A stretch of 64,000 nt of DNA from Squalus acanthias (lineage: Eukaryota), in the NCBI GenBank assembly GCA_030390025.1, contig JASTWF010000035.1, forward strand, positions 1,674,001 to 1,738,000. The letters are read 5' to 3'. Position 1 is the first letter of the stretch. The number at the start of each line of letters is the position of its first letter. The translations under genes were made by a program, and so were the position numbers. The notes under the pieces were generated by a model, which worked only from the letters and a program-made list of their open reading frames with translations, ran no database searches and was not told where the DNA came from. Of the stretch, positions 25,126 to 37,727 are shown in pieces.

Positions 25126-26796
25126 GTAGGGAGGAGCCCAGTTGAGTCTGGTGATGTGGAAGGGCTCACTGTGGGGACCTACAGGTGATATCGTTATAGC
25201 TGATAGGAAGCCTGAATGTCGTGGCAAACCATAAACTTGTACTTGTATTTCCTATAGAACAGTGGCTACGTGTAAATATCGGATTGGTTCTGTGATGATT
25301 TGGCTTTGTTTGGATAGACCACTTTATTTTACCAATACAAGCCTTGAAGTGATAGTTTGTGACTTTAGTGCATGAACATTTAGGCCCCGATATTAATGCA
25401 AAGTGTGAGGGGGGAATTGTGTGCGCCAAACTCAGAAGAAAACCTAGCGGGTACGATTCTCTGATTTAAACTTGATTGACTGATCACCTCTGCTGAAGCC
25501 ACACAGGATGCACCACGTAGAAGTGGTAGGAAGCATAATTTAAAACAATTGTAATTCACCGAGGGTGTGCACATGAATGTTTGACAAAATGATGACCTAG
25601 ATTTTGCGGTCGGCGGCGTCCGAACCGAATGTGCACTTAACTGCTGGGAACCCGGACCCGAGAAGTTGCTGTCAGATGCTGCGGAGTAGAGTGCAGTGTA
25701 GTGGCCCACGGATCCCAGGGGCGCATCGTGTGCGTAAGCATACCTGAGATCACGTGGGCCGCTGCTCCAATCAGCAAACAGAAGGTCTAGCAGAACTTGC
25801 GTACTAGCATCGCTAGTGCAATGCTTTCTGCTGCTTAAAGTATTTGTTACGGGCTGCAAGAATGACTCACATGCTGACATCGAAGAGTTATAAATGCAGA
25901 AACATGCAGAACTGCACAATATTTCTCTGGATATTTGTTGAGTTAATCCCCAACTAAATTAACTTTTAAATCAGTGGACACTATGAAAGTGAGGCTCAAA
26001 AGGTTTAAAATTACTCTCAAGTTAGAAATCGTTAGTCCTTCCACTTCAGTACTTCGAAAATAACTTCAATTTGTGATTTTGGGGTCTGGGTGTGTGCAGA
26101 ATGCATTTTGTAAGTCATCTACATTTTCATTTTTTTCCTCCCAGCAAAAACATTTTAAAAACCTGAGAATAATGCTTTCTTCAAATATCTATTGGAAGAC
26201 AGCTCTTTACTTTTCATGGACAAAATCCTGTGTGTCATATGTAAATGCTTCCATTTCCGGCCACATATAGCTTTTAAAATTACTTGGAATTGTCAGGAGT
26301 TATCCCCTTACGCTTGCCAACATGCCCTGTGCCTGTTTGCACAAGCCATAAAATTTTCATACGTAATTGTTAGGCAGTTGGTCGGCAATTAGCCCAACTC
26401 TACGCCAGCAATTAGGATTTCAGTGTCGGTGTGGATCATCTGTCAATTCGGAACCTGACAGATCACAAGTTCGGGATATAGCGCATGAAATCCCGAACTT
26501 GCTGTCCATTTCAAAGGTGGTATGATGGCAAATCCTGGCCCGTTATGTTGTTAACGGCACATAAAATTTATTGATTAGCACCACTTCCACGTCTTGCCCG
26601 TAATTGCGTCGCGAGTGCCAACTTGCCCTTTCACTTGCTTCATGATGAATATCAACACATGACGGGACCAATTGGACAGATGTGCAATGGGTGTATGCGT
26701 GGTTGAAGGTGGTGGATCGGGCCGGAGCATTTTCTTTTAAATTTTCCTGTGTGAGTCACCACTAGCTGAACCTTCGAGCTATTAGGGCATCCCTTG

Positions 26797-28058
26797 CATA
26801 AGAGCATAAGAACATAAGAAATAGGAGCAGGAGTCGGCCATATGGTCCATCGAGCCTGCTCTGCCATTCAATAAATTCATAACTTCTACATCAACTTCAT
26901 TTTCCCGCCCGTGCCCCACATCCCTTAATTCCCTTAGCCCAAAAATCTATCGATCTCAGTCTTGAATATACTCAACGACTGAGCATCCACAGCCCTCTGG
27001 GGTAGAGAATTCCAAAGATTCACCGCCCTCTGAGTGAAGAAATTTCTCCTCATCTCAGTCCTAAATGGCCTTATCCTGAGACTGTGACCCCTAGTTCCAA
27101 ACTCTTCAGCCAGGGGGAACAGCCTCTCCGCATCTATCCTGTCAAACCCTCTAAGAACTTTATATGTTTCAATGAGATCACCTCTCATTCTTCTAAACTG
27201 TGGAGAATATCGGCCCATTCTACTCAATCTCTCCTCATAGGACAACCCTCCCATCCCAGGAAACAATCTAGTGAACCTTTATTGCACTCCCTCTAAGGCA
27301 AGTATATCCTTCCTTAGGTAAGGAGACCAAAACTGTACACAGTACTCCAGGTGTGGTCTCACCAAAGCCCTATATAAATGAAGCAAGACTTCCTTACTCT
27401 GATACTGCAAACCCCTTGCACTGAAGGCTAACATGCTATTTGCCTTCTTAATTTCTTGCTGTGCCTGAATGTTAACTTTCAGTGATTCATGTACAAGCAC
27501 ACACATATCCCTCTGAATCCCAACATTTACTCGTCTCTAACCTTTTAAAAACTAATCTGCTTTTTCATTCTCCTACCAAAGTGGATAATTTCATACTTCC
27601 CCACATTATACTCATTCTACCTCTTTCTTGCCCAATCACTTAACCTGTCTATATCCCTTTGCAGCCTCTTTACATCCTCCTCACAGCTTACTTTCCCACC
27701 TGGCTTTGAATTATCAGCAAACTTTGATATATTACACTCAGTCCCCTCATCTAAGTAATTAATATAGATTGTAAATAGTTGAGGCCAAGCACTGATTCTT
27801 GCGGCACTCCACTAGTCACACCCTGCCATCCTGAAAATGACCCGTTTAAGAACATAAAAACATAAGCTAATATATAAGAATATAAGATAATAATATAAGA
27901 ACATATGCTAATATATTTATTCCTACTCTGTTTTCTGTCTGTTGACCAATCTTCAATCGTGCGAATATATTACCCACAATCCCATGAGTCGTAATCTTGT
28001 GTAACAACCTATTGTATGGCACCTTATTGAATGCCTTCTGAAAATCCCAGGCATCAAT
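26797..28058 (-). mobile_element. Decayed CR1 3' half
   Basis: DFQKAFNKVP...[14 protein letters not shown]...WNSLP; (TTCTTATG)n tail. Confidence 0.85.
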
Positions 28059-28069
28059 ATACACGGCTG

Positions 28070-28860
28070 GTCTGGCGATGGGTGCCATATTGCTTGTCGT
28101 TCTCGTCCTCTCCTCCTGCTCTTCAATGTTCTTACCATCAGAAGATGCTTGATGAGCGCCTTGGTTGTCCTCCACTTCTAATTTTCATTACTGCGCAATG
28201 TTGAGCAGGATGCAGCACATTACTATGATTCTGGAGACCATCGCTGATGAGTACTGAAGGATACCTCCACACCTATCTAGGCAGCTGAAGCACATCTTCA
28301 TGCCGATGGCTTGCTTGATGACACACCTTGTGGTCATGTGGCTCTCATTGTAGCTTTCTTGCGCCTCACTTGTGGGGTTCCTCACAGGTGTCATGAGCCA
28401 AGTTTGAAGGGAGTGTCCCTCGTCTCCTACGAACCAAATCTTAATTCAGCTTCCTGGTGTGAAGAGGTTTGGAATGTTGGACTGCCGCTGTATAAAAGCA
28501 TCATGACAGCTCCCAGGGAATCTGGCACACACCTGCATCAACCTCTTTTTGTGGTTGCACACTAACTGTACATTAATGGAATTAAATCCCTTGTGGATGA
28601 TAAAACCTCCTGGTTAATGTGGTGGTCCTCGTATTGACATGTGTGCAATCGATGGCACTGTGGGAAGCCACCCAGAGAAGCAAATCTGAGTGCCTGCTGA
28701 TTCTGGCTATTGTCGTTGAAGGGGACGTTGACACAAGTCGTCGCCCTGGCAAACAACCCAGCTGTGCCCTGCCTCATACATTTATATGCAGCCAGCTGAG
28801 AGACCTCAGAGATGCCTCTGGTGATGCTCTGGAAGGAGAGTGGCAAAGAATTGAGAGCGC
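28070..28860 (-). pseudogene. Harbinger/PIF transposase (HARBI1-like DDE) remnant
   Basis: [33 protein letters not shown] and MTPVRNPTSEAQESYNESH...FSCLDRCGGILQY...IIVMCCILLNIA. Confidence 0.85.
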
Positions 28861-28864
28861 TGAG

Positions 28865-29315
28865 CCATGCTGTACCTGCCCCGGGAGTGTTTGATGGGAC
28901 AGTGTAGAGGGAGCTTTATTCTGTATCTAACCCGTGCTGTACTTGCCCTGGAGTGTTTGATGGGACAGTGTAGAGGGAGCTTTACTCTGTATCTAACCCG
29001 TGCTGTACCTGCCCTGGGAGTGTTTGATGGGACAGTGTAGAGGGAGCTTTACTCTGTATCTAACCCGTGCTGTATCTGCCCTGGGAGTGTTTGATGGGAC
29101 AGTGTAGAGGGAGCTTTACTCTGTATCTAACCCGTGTTGTACCTGCCCTGGGAGTGTTTGATGGGACAGTGTAGAGGGAGCTTTACTCTGTATCTAACCC
29201 GTGCTGTACCTGCCCTGGGAGTGTTTGATGGGACAGTGTAGAGGGAGCTTTACTCTGTATCTAACCCGTGCTGTACCTGCCCTGGGAGGGTCTGATGGGA
29301 CAGTGTAGAGGGAGT
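28865..29315 (+). repeat. 67-bp tandem minisatellite, about 7 copies
   Basis: Unit ccgtgctgtacctgccctgggagtgtttgatgggacagtgtagagggagctttactctgtatctaac. Confidence 0.95.
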
Positions 29316-32300
29316 TCAGATTGCCCGATATGAATGAAGTTATTGACTTCCTTGTCCAGTGTCCTATTGAAAGCATCCATGATGACCCCACCCTGATATT
29401 GCCTGTTTGAAAGCCTCCATTCTTTGCAAAAATGTCTTTATTCACAAGAACTCTCTACTAAATGTTCGCCAGAGTGAACTGACAAATCAGCTGTAAGCAC
29501 TGAAACTTTATTGATATCGGGCAATCTGAACTTTAAAAATCCCCATGACTCCTCCTGAGACCGGAAGGAGCGGACCTGGTGGGAGCACAGCGAGAGTGGA
29601 GCAGTTAAAAGGAGCAGTCCCGAGTGGCAGCAACTCAACAGAGGCAGTTTTTGAAAAAGTGATGTCAGAGTATAAAAAGTGACATCGGCACAAGGGAAGA
29701 AGCTGATTGGTGAGTAGCTGGTGAGTGTATTTAAAAAAAAAATGTAATTAGCTTTTTAATATATTTTTAAGCTCATAAGTTCATTTCTGCCAAGTTAATT
29801 AATAACCTATAAAATAGAGGGAAAGAGCTGATTGGTGAGTAGCTGGGGAGTGTTTTTTGTTAAGTTTTAAGTTTATTTCTGCTGGGTTAGTTCTTAGTCT
29901 ATTAACTAGAGGCATGGCAGGGCAGCTCAGTCCCATGGAATGCACATCCTGTGCCATGTGGGAAGTCCTGGGTGCTTTGCGTAGCCTGGACGACCACATG
30001 TGCGGGAAGTGTCGCCAGCTGCAGCAACTCGAGCTCCAGGTTTCGGAGCTTGAGCAGCGGCTGGAGTCACTGCGGTGCATCCGCGAAGCTGAGAACTTCG
30101 TGGACAGCAGGTTTCTAGAGGTGGTCACCCCGCAGCTTAAGAGTGTGCAGGCAGAGAGGGAATGGGTGACCGTCAGACAGAAGGGGAAGACCAGGCATTT
30201 AGTGCAGGAGTCCCAGGAGTGCATCGCGGTCTCCAACCAGTATTCTGTTCAGAATACTGGTGAGGGCGATGGTTTCTCTGGGGAGTGCAGCCAGAGTCAA
30301 GTCCACAGCACCACAGGTGGCTCAGCTGCACAGGTGAGGAGGGAAAAGAGTAGAAGAGCAATAGTGGTAGGAGATTCAATAGTTAGGGGAGCAGACAGGC
30401 GATTCCAGGATGGTATGTTGCCTCCCTGGTTCCAGGGTCAAGGATGTCACTGAGTGGCTGCAGGACACGCTGAGGGGGGAGGGTGAACAGCCAGAGGTCA
30501 TTGTCCATATCGGTACCAACAACATAGGCAGAAAGAGGGATGAGGTCCTGCAGGCAGACTATAGGGAGCTAGGAAAGAGATTAAAAAGCAGGACCTCAAA
30601 GGTAGTAATCTCTGGATTACTCCCGGTGCCACGTGCTAGTGAGTACAGGAATAGGAGGATAGAGCAGATGAATGTGTGGCTAGAGAGATGGTGCAGGAGG
30701 GAGGACTTTAGATTTTTGGGGCAGCGGGACCATTTCTAGGGAAGGTGGGACCTGTACAAGTCGGACGGGTTACACCTCAACAGAGCCGGGACCAATATTC
30801 TCGCGGGGAGGTTTGCTAGTGCTGTTGGGGAGGTTTTAAACTAGCTTGGCAGGGGGATGGGCACCAGCATATAGGAGTAGAAAAGAGGAATAAGGTGCAT
30901 AGAGGAGTGAGTGTGTTGGATAGTACTAGAGAAGAAAGTAGTACTAGAGGCAGAAGTAGTATCATATTAGATAGGAGCAGACTAAGAAAGACTTCGAAAA
31001 ATTCAAAAATGGGTTTAGAATGCATGTACGTAAACGCAGAAAGTGTGGTGAATAAGGTTGGTGAGCTACAAGCACAATTATCCGTGGGGCAATATGATGT
31101 TGTGGCAATAACGGAAACGTGGCTTAAAAACGGTGAGGACTGGGCACTTAATATTCAAGGGTACAAGGTGTTCAGAAAAGATAGCAAAGGAAAAAAGGGA
31201 GGTGGGGTGGCAGTGCTGATTAAGGAAGACATTGTAGTGTTGGAAAGGGAGGATGTTCTTGAGGGGACAAGGACAGAATCCATTTGGTTAGAGTTGAGGA
31301 GCAAATCTGCAGGGAAATCACAGAGATATGCAAGAGCTATAGTGTGCTGATATTGGGGGACTTTAATTACCCAAATATCAATTGGGATAATGCTAGGGTA
31401 AAGGGAAAGGATGGCGAGGAATTTCTGAAATATGTTCAGGAGAATTTCCTTGACCAATATGTTCTTGGCCCAACTAGGAAGGAGGCATTGCTGGATCTGG
31501 TGCTGGGGAATGAGGTTGGCCAGGTCGACCAAGTGTCTGTGGGAGAACACTTGGGTACGAGTGATCATCGTATCATAAGATTTAGATTAGCAATGGAGAG
31601 GAGCAAGGAACAATCTAGAGTGGAACTTCTAAACTGGAATAGGGCTAACTTCAATGGTATGTGAAAGGATCTAGCCAGGGTAAAATGGAACCAAAGACTG
31701 ACAGGAAAAACTGTAACGGAACAATGGGTGATCTTTAAGGAGGAGATGTTCCAAGTACAGGCTAGGTACATTCCAACAAGAGGGAAGGGTAAGGGAACCA
31801 AAGCAAGGGCTCCTTGGATGACGAGGGAAATAGAGAAGATGATGAAACAATAAAAGAGGGTGTATGATGCATGTCAGGTGAATTCTTCAAGGGAGAACGT
31901 GACCAAATACATTAAGTTGAGATGGGAAGTGAAGATGAAAATAAGATTGGCAAAGAGAGAATATGAAAGTAGAATGGCGGTTAACATAAAAGGGAACCCC
32001 AAAATCTTCTACCGGCATGTAAACAGTAAGCGGGTAGTAAGAGGCGGGGTGGGTCTTATTAGAGACAAAGAAGGTGATATATGCTTAGAGGCACAGGGCA
32101 AGGCTAGAATACGCAATGAGTACTTTGTATCGGTGTTTATAAGGAGGTGGATGCTAACAAAATATCGGTAGCAGTGGAAAAGTTAGAAGCAATGGAAGGG
32201 GTGAAAATTGATAGACAGGATGTACTAGAAAGGCTGGGTATGCTTAGAGTGGACAAGTCGCCTGTTCCAGATGGCTTGCATCCCAGGTTGCTAAGGGAAT

Positions 32301-32808
32301 TGAGGGAGGAGATAACGGAAGGGTTTGCCATAATTTTCCAATCTTCCCTAGATGTGGGGGAGGTGGCTAAGGATTGGAAAGTGGCATTTGTGACACCATT
32401 GTTCAAGAAAGGGTATAAGGACAATTCTAGTAACTACAGGCCGGTCAGTTTAACATCAGTGGTGGGTAAAGTTTTAGAAACAATAAATCAAGGAAAAAAT
32501 TAACGGGCACTTAGAGAGGTTTAAGCTAATTAAGGAGAGCCAACACGGATTTGTAAAAGGCAGATCGTGTTTGACTAATCTAATTGAATTTTTTGATGAA
32601 GTAACAGAGAGGATTGATGAAGGGAATGCAATGGATGTTGTCTACATGGATTTTCGGATGGGGTTTGAGAAAGTACCACATAGAAGGCTGGTTAACAAAA
32701 TTGAGGCTCATGGAATAGGTGGGTCAGTGGCAGCTTGGATAAGGAATAACAACAGAAAACGCTGGAAAAACTCAGCAGGCCAGGCAGCATCCGTAGAGAG
32801 AGAAAGAG

Positions 32809-32845
32809 AGTTGACGTTTCAGGTCGATGACCTTTCATCAGAACT
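32809..32845 (-). ncRNA. Minimal hammerhead ribozyme (Penelope-associated)
   Basis: Exact reverse complement of 17172-17208. Confidence 0.8.
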
Positions 32846-33121
32846 GGGAAGAGCTGGAAATCAAATAGATTTAAGGCCAGGGTAAAGCTGGGAAAAGGGG
32901 GAGGGGATAAAGGAACAAAGGAGGAGATGAAGAGACATTAAGAGACATTAAGAGATATGCAAGGCTAGAGGTGGTGTTAATGTGACAGATTAAGGCTGAA
33001 TGAAGTGTGAAATCCACTGGCAGAATGAAGGACAGCTGCCAGCTTCTAGGAGGAAAAAAAAGGTGGGGGGGACAAATAAAAGGGTGGATAAAATAAAATA
33101 TAAATGTGATTGGAGCTGAGG

Positions 33122-34789
33122 TTATGATCTAAAATTGTTGAACTCGATATTGAGTCCAGAGGGCTGTAGCGTGCCTAAACGAAAGATGAGGTGCTGTTCC
33201 TCGAGCTTACGCTGAGCTTCCGTGGAACAGTGTAATAGGCCGAGGACGGTGAGGTCAGAGTGGGAGTGAAGCGGTGAATTAAAGTGACAGGCCACCGGGA
33301 GCTCAGGGTCCCCCTTACGGACTGAACGGAGGTGTTCCGCAAAGCGGTCACCCAATCTGCGTTTGGTCTCCCCAATGTAGAGGAGTCCACATCGTGAGCA
33401 GCGAATACAGTATACTAAATTGCAGGAAGTACAAGTAAATCGCTGTTTCACCTGGAAGGGGTGTTTGGGGCCCTGGACAGTGGGAAGAGGGGAGGTATAA
33501 GGGCATGTGTTGCATCTCCTGCGCGTGCACGGGAAGGTGCCGGGCGAAGGGGAAGGGGTGCTGGGGGTGGTAGAGGAGTGGACTAGGGTGTCGCGGAGGG
33601 AGCGGTCCCTGCGGAATGCTGAAAGGGGAGGTGAGGGGAAGATGTGTTTGGTGGTGGGATCACGCTGGAGGTGGCGGAAATGGCGGAGGATGATCCGTTG
33701 AATGTGGAGGCTGGTGGGGTGAAAGGTGAGGACAAGGGGAACCCTATCGTGGTTCCGGGAGGGAGGGGCAGGGGTGAGGGCAGATGTGCGGGAGATAGAA
33801 CGGACACGGTCGAGGGCCGTGTCGACCACGGTAGAGGGGAATCCTCGGTTGAGGAAAAAGGAAGACATGTCGGAAGCACTGGTATGGAAGGTGGCATCAT
33901 CAGAGCAGATGCGGCGGAGACGGAGAAACTGGGAGAATGGAATAGAGTCCTTACAGGAGGCGGGGTGGGAGGAAGTGTAGTCCAGGTAGCTGTGGGAGTC
34001 GGTGGGCTTGTAGTGAATGTTAGTCAATAACCTATCCCCAGAGATGGAGATGGAGAAGTCGAGGAAGGGAAGGGAAGAGTCGGAGATGGACCATGTGAAG
34101 GTGAGGGAAGGGTGGAAATTGGAAGCATAGTGAATGAAATGTTCTAGTTCAGGGCGAGAGCAGGAGACGGCACCGATACAGTCATCAATGTACCGGAAAA
34201 AGAGGTGAGGGAGGGGACCCGAGTAGGACTGGAACAAAGAGTGTTCCACATATCCCACGAAAAGGCAGGCATAGCTAGGACCCATGCGGGTACCCATAGC
34301 AACACCTTTAATTTGGAGGAAATGGGTAGAGTCAAAGGAGAAGTTGTTCAATGTGAGAACAAGTTCAGCCAGGCGGAGGAGGGTGGTGGTGGATGGGGAC
34401 TGGTTGGGCCTCTGTTCAAGGAAGAAGCGGAGCGCCCTCAGGCCATCCTGGTGGGGAATGGAGGTGTAGAGGGATTGTACGTCCATAGTGAAGAGGAGAC
34501 GGTTGGGGCCGGGAAACTGGAAACTGTTAAAATGGCGGAGGGCATCGGAAGAGTCGCGGATGTAGGTGGGAAGAGACTGGACAAGGGGAGAAAAAATAGA
34601 GTCGAGATAGGAAGAGATAAGTTCCGTGGGGCAAGAACAGGCTGAAACGATGGGTCTACCGGGGCAGTCCTGTTTGTGGATCTTGGGAAGGAGGTAGAAG
34701 CGGGCTGTGCGGGGTTGGGGAACTATGAGGTTGGCGGCCGTGGGGGGAAGATCTCCAGAGGAGATGAGGTCAGTGACAGTCTTGGACAC
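33122..34789 (-). CDS. Penelope RT plus GIY-YIG endonuclease (partial, uninterrupted 555 aa)
   Basis: LPKIHK, RPIVS, DVQSLYTSIP, GVAMGT, RYIDD, LPFLD, YKPTD; CTRRRCNTC linker; VYCIRC...YIGETKRRLGDRFAEH...E...GLN. Confidence 0.93.
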   Translation of the reverse strand: MSKTVTDLISSGDLPPTAANLIVPQPRTARFYLLPKIHKQDCPGRPIVSACSCPTELISSYLDSIFSPLVQSLPTYIRDSSDALRHFNSFQFPGPNRLLFTMDVQSLYTSIPHQDGLRALRFFLEQRPNQSPSTTTLLRLAELVLTLNNFSFDSTHFLQIKGVAMGTRMGPSYACLFVGYVEHSLFQSYSGPLPHLFFRYIDDCIGAVSCSRPELEHFIHYASNFHPSLTFTWSISDSSLPFLDFSISISGDRLLTNIHYKPTDSHSYLDYTSSHPASCKDSIPFSQFLRLRRICSDDATFHTSASDMSSFFLNRGFPSTVVDTALDRVRSISRTSALTPAPPSRNHDRVPLVLTFHPTSLHIQRIILRHFRHLQRDPTTKHIFPSPPLSAFRRDRSLRDTLVHSSTTPSTPSPSPGTFPCTRRRCNTCPYTSPLPTVQGPKHPFQVKQRFTCTSCNLVYCIRCSRCGLLYIGETKRRLGDRFAEHLRSVRKGDPELPVACHFNSPLHSHSDLTVLGLLHCSTEAQRKLEEQHLIFRLGTLQPSGLNIEFNNFRS

Positions 34790-36067
34790 GGTGGCTTGAT
34801 GTTCGGTAGTGGGGTCATGGTCCAGGTGGAGGTAGGAGGAGGTGTCAGAGAGTTGGCGTTCAACTTCCGCTAGGTAGAGGTCGGTTCGCCAAACAACAAC
34901 AGCGCCACCCTTGTCAGCAGGTTTAATGACAATGTCAGGGTTGGATCGGAGAGAATTGGATAAGGAATTGGCTTAAGGACAGAAAACAGCGAGTTGTTCA
35001 GACTGGAGGATGGTAGACAGTGGTGTTCCCCAAGGGTCAGTGCTGGGGCCACTGCTTTTTTTGATATATATAAATAACCTGGATATTGGAATACAGAGAA
35101 GAATTTCTAAATTTACTGATGACACCAAACTTGGGGGTGTGGCAAACAGTGAGGGTGATATCAATCGACTGCAACAGGACATAGAAAGGCTAGTAGAATG
35201 GGCAGACAAGTGGCAGATGGAATTTAATACAGAGAAGTGTAAGGTGATGCATTTTGGCAGAAGGAACAGGGAGAGGCAATATACACTTAATGGCACAGTT
35301 TTAAAGAGTGTACAGGGACAGAAGGACCTGGGAGTTAATGTGCATAGGTCCCTGAAGGTGGCAGGACATATTGAGAGAGTGGTTAGCAAAACATATGGGA
35401 TTTTGGGCTTCATAAATAGAGGTATTGAGTACAAAAGTAGAGAAGTTATGCTGAACCTTTATAAAGTGCTGGTTCGGCCACAACTGGAGTATTGCGTCCA
35501 GTTCTGGTCACCACACTTTAGGAAGGATGTGAAAGCACTTGAGAGGGTGCAGAGGAGATTTACCAGAATGGTTTCGGGGATGGGGGATCTTAGCTACAAG
35601 GACAGGTTGGAGAAGCTGGATTTGTTTTCATTAGAGTAAAGGAGGTTGAGGGGTGATTTGATAGAAGTGTACAAGATTATGACGGGTTTGGATAGGCTAG
35701 ACGGGGAAAGGCTGTTCCCACTAGTTGATGGGACAAGGACTAGGGGACACAGATTTAAGGTTTTGGGCAAAAGATACAGGGGAAACGTGAGGAAACATTT
35801 TTTTCGGCAGCGAGTGGTGAGGACCTGGAACTCGCTGCCGACGGAAGTGGTTGGAGCGGAAACACTCAATGTTTTCAAGGGGAGACTGGATAGGCACTTG
35901 AGGGAAATAAACTGGCAGGGCTATGGGGATAGAGCGGGGGAATGGGACTGACTGGATTGCTCTACAGAGAGCCAGCACAGACTCGATGGGCCGAGTGGCC
36001 TCGTTCTGTGCCGTATGACTCTATGACTCCAAGTGCCGCTCAATCTTGCCTCCATTTCACTGGCGAT

Positions 36068-36563
36068 TAGATACAGAGTAAGTTCCCCCCTAAACTGTCC
36101 CATCAAACACTCCCAGGACAGGTACAGCATGGGTTAGATACAGAGTAAAGCTCCCTCTACACTGTCCCATCAAACACTCCCAGGACAGGTACAGCACGGG
36201 TTAGATACAGAGTAAAGCTCCCTCTACACTGTCCCATCAAACACTCCCAGGACAGGTACAGCACGGGTTAGATACAGAGTAAAGCTCCCTCTACACTGTC
36301 CCATCAAACACTCCCAGGACAGGTACAGCACGGGTTAGATACAGAGTAAAGCTCCCTCTACACTGTCCCATCAAACACTCCCAGGGCAGGTACAGCACGG
36401 GTTAGATACAGAGTAAAGCTTCCTCTACACTGTCCCATCAAACACTCCCAGGGCAGGGACAGCACGGGGTTAGATACAGAGTAAAGCTCCCTCTACACTG
36501 TCCCATCAAACACTCCCAGGACAGGTACAGCACGGGTTAGATACAGAGTAAAGCTTCCTCTAC
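36068..36563 (-). repeat. Same 67-bp minisatellite in inverted orientation, about 7.5 copies
   Basis: Reverse complement of the 28865-29315 unit. Confidence 0.95.
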
Positions 36564-36657
36564 ATTTTCCCCTCAGTCTTGAATCAGTAAAGCTGCTCTT
36601 ACCATGTTGAGATGTCACTTCAGTAACTGGTATTTTCTGTATTTGTTTTACCCTCAG

Positions 36658-36750
36658 GACTGTTCGGACCCCTGCTGTGAGGCATCGACTTGTAGACTCA
36701 AACCTGGTGCAGAATGTCCATCCACTGGTGCCTGCTGTGAGAACTGCAAA
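36658..36750 (+). CDS. ADAM15: ADAM exon, disintegrin domain N-half
   Basis: ccctcag acceptor and AAA|gtaagg donor; 93 nt, phase 0/0; DCSDPCCEASTCRLKPGAECPSTGACCENCK. The C-x3-G-x-CC spacing matches ADAM15 (CASDGPCC) rather than ADAM12/19 (CAHGxCC). Confidence 0.85.
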
Positions 36751-37727
36751 GTAAGGTCTCACTGGGTCACTCTGTGCCATACAGAGCAGGTCTGGGTACA
36801 AGCAGGGTGTTGGGGGACTGGGTGATGTCATAGCTTAAACACTGCTCGCTCACCTTTGGGCCTGGGTTAAAAACCAGCCCAGACCGATGGGATGAGAGTT
36901 TCTTCTCACAGCTGACCATAAGGACCATATTCTCCCCAAACACTAAACTGTCCCTAATTTGCTGACAATCTCGGAGACACGAGAAAGCCGTTCCGTTTCA
37001 CGGCCAGGAATTCTGAACCATCAATACCTTGCTTGGGGAGCCAGCAACTCCCGCCTCTGTTTTACTGCCGAGTTTCCCGATCTCCAGGAACCCGTGCAGT
37101 ATTATTAATTTCAATTTGGGTTCCCTATTGCACTGCAGGAGCCCAATTTAAATATGTTAACAAGCATCCTGCCTCTCCACGGCGGGACACTTGGACGCTC
37201 CTATCAGCCACTGAGAAAATGGCGACGAGCATGTAAATGGCGTGTTGGGTCGGGCTATGCACATTTCACTTTTTAACCTCCGACCCCCAGCCCCCCCTCC
37301 CCCAATCGTCTCCCACCCATTGTGGGAGGCATGGGGTTAATATCGAGGCCATAGTGCGGGACTGGAATCACGTGTAGGTCGGACATGATCTCCCCCTGAC
37401 AAAGCCATGCTGACTATCCCTACTACCCTTCTTGAACAATGGTAGCTGTTCTCCAGTCCTCTGGCACCTCCCCTGTGGCCAGAGAGGTTCTGAAAATTTG
37501 TGTCAGAGCCCCTGCAATCTCCTCCCTTGCCTCACACAGCAGCCTGGGATACATCCCGTCAGGGCCTGGGGATTTATCCACTTTTAAGCCCGCTAAAACT
37601 GCTAGTACCTCCTCCCTCTCAATACTAATTTGTTCAAGTATATCACAATCCCCCTGCCTGATTTCTATGCCTACATCACCCTTTTCCATGGTGAACACAG
37701 ATGCAAAATATTCATTTAAAACCTCAC

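Larger units (their letters stand above)
32748..34955 (-). mobile_element. Penelope-like element (RT plus GIY-YIG), 5'-truncated
   Basis: 13-bp TSD ttggataaggaat (32735-32747 and 34956-34968); hammerhead motif in the 3' region. Confidence 0.93.
29560..36029 (+). mobile_element. Near full-length decayed CR1 (5' UTR, ORF1 zinc-finger/zipper plus SGNH esterase, ORF2), interrupted by a Penelope element
   Basis: ORF1 MAGQLSPMECTSCAMW...CGKC...LQVSELEQRL, IVVGDSIVRG, VHIGTN; ORF2 fragments with stops and frameshifts; (ACTCTATG)n tail. Confidence 0.9.

Noticed and set aside
25382..26540. Possible further MITE (GGCC...GGCC ends) or 179-aa ORF
   Set aside because: TIRs are degenerate, no clear TSD and no protein motif; not supportable.
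28865..29315. 67-bp array as CRISPR or coding repeat
   Set aside because: No spacers; ORFs crossing it are just translated repeat units.
33122..34789. Retron, group II intron or telomerase RT
   Set aside because: C-terminal GIY-YIG, Cys linker, TSD and hammerhead tail identify a Penelope-like element.
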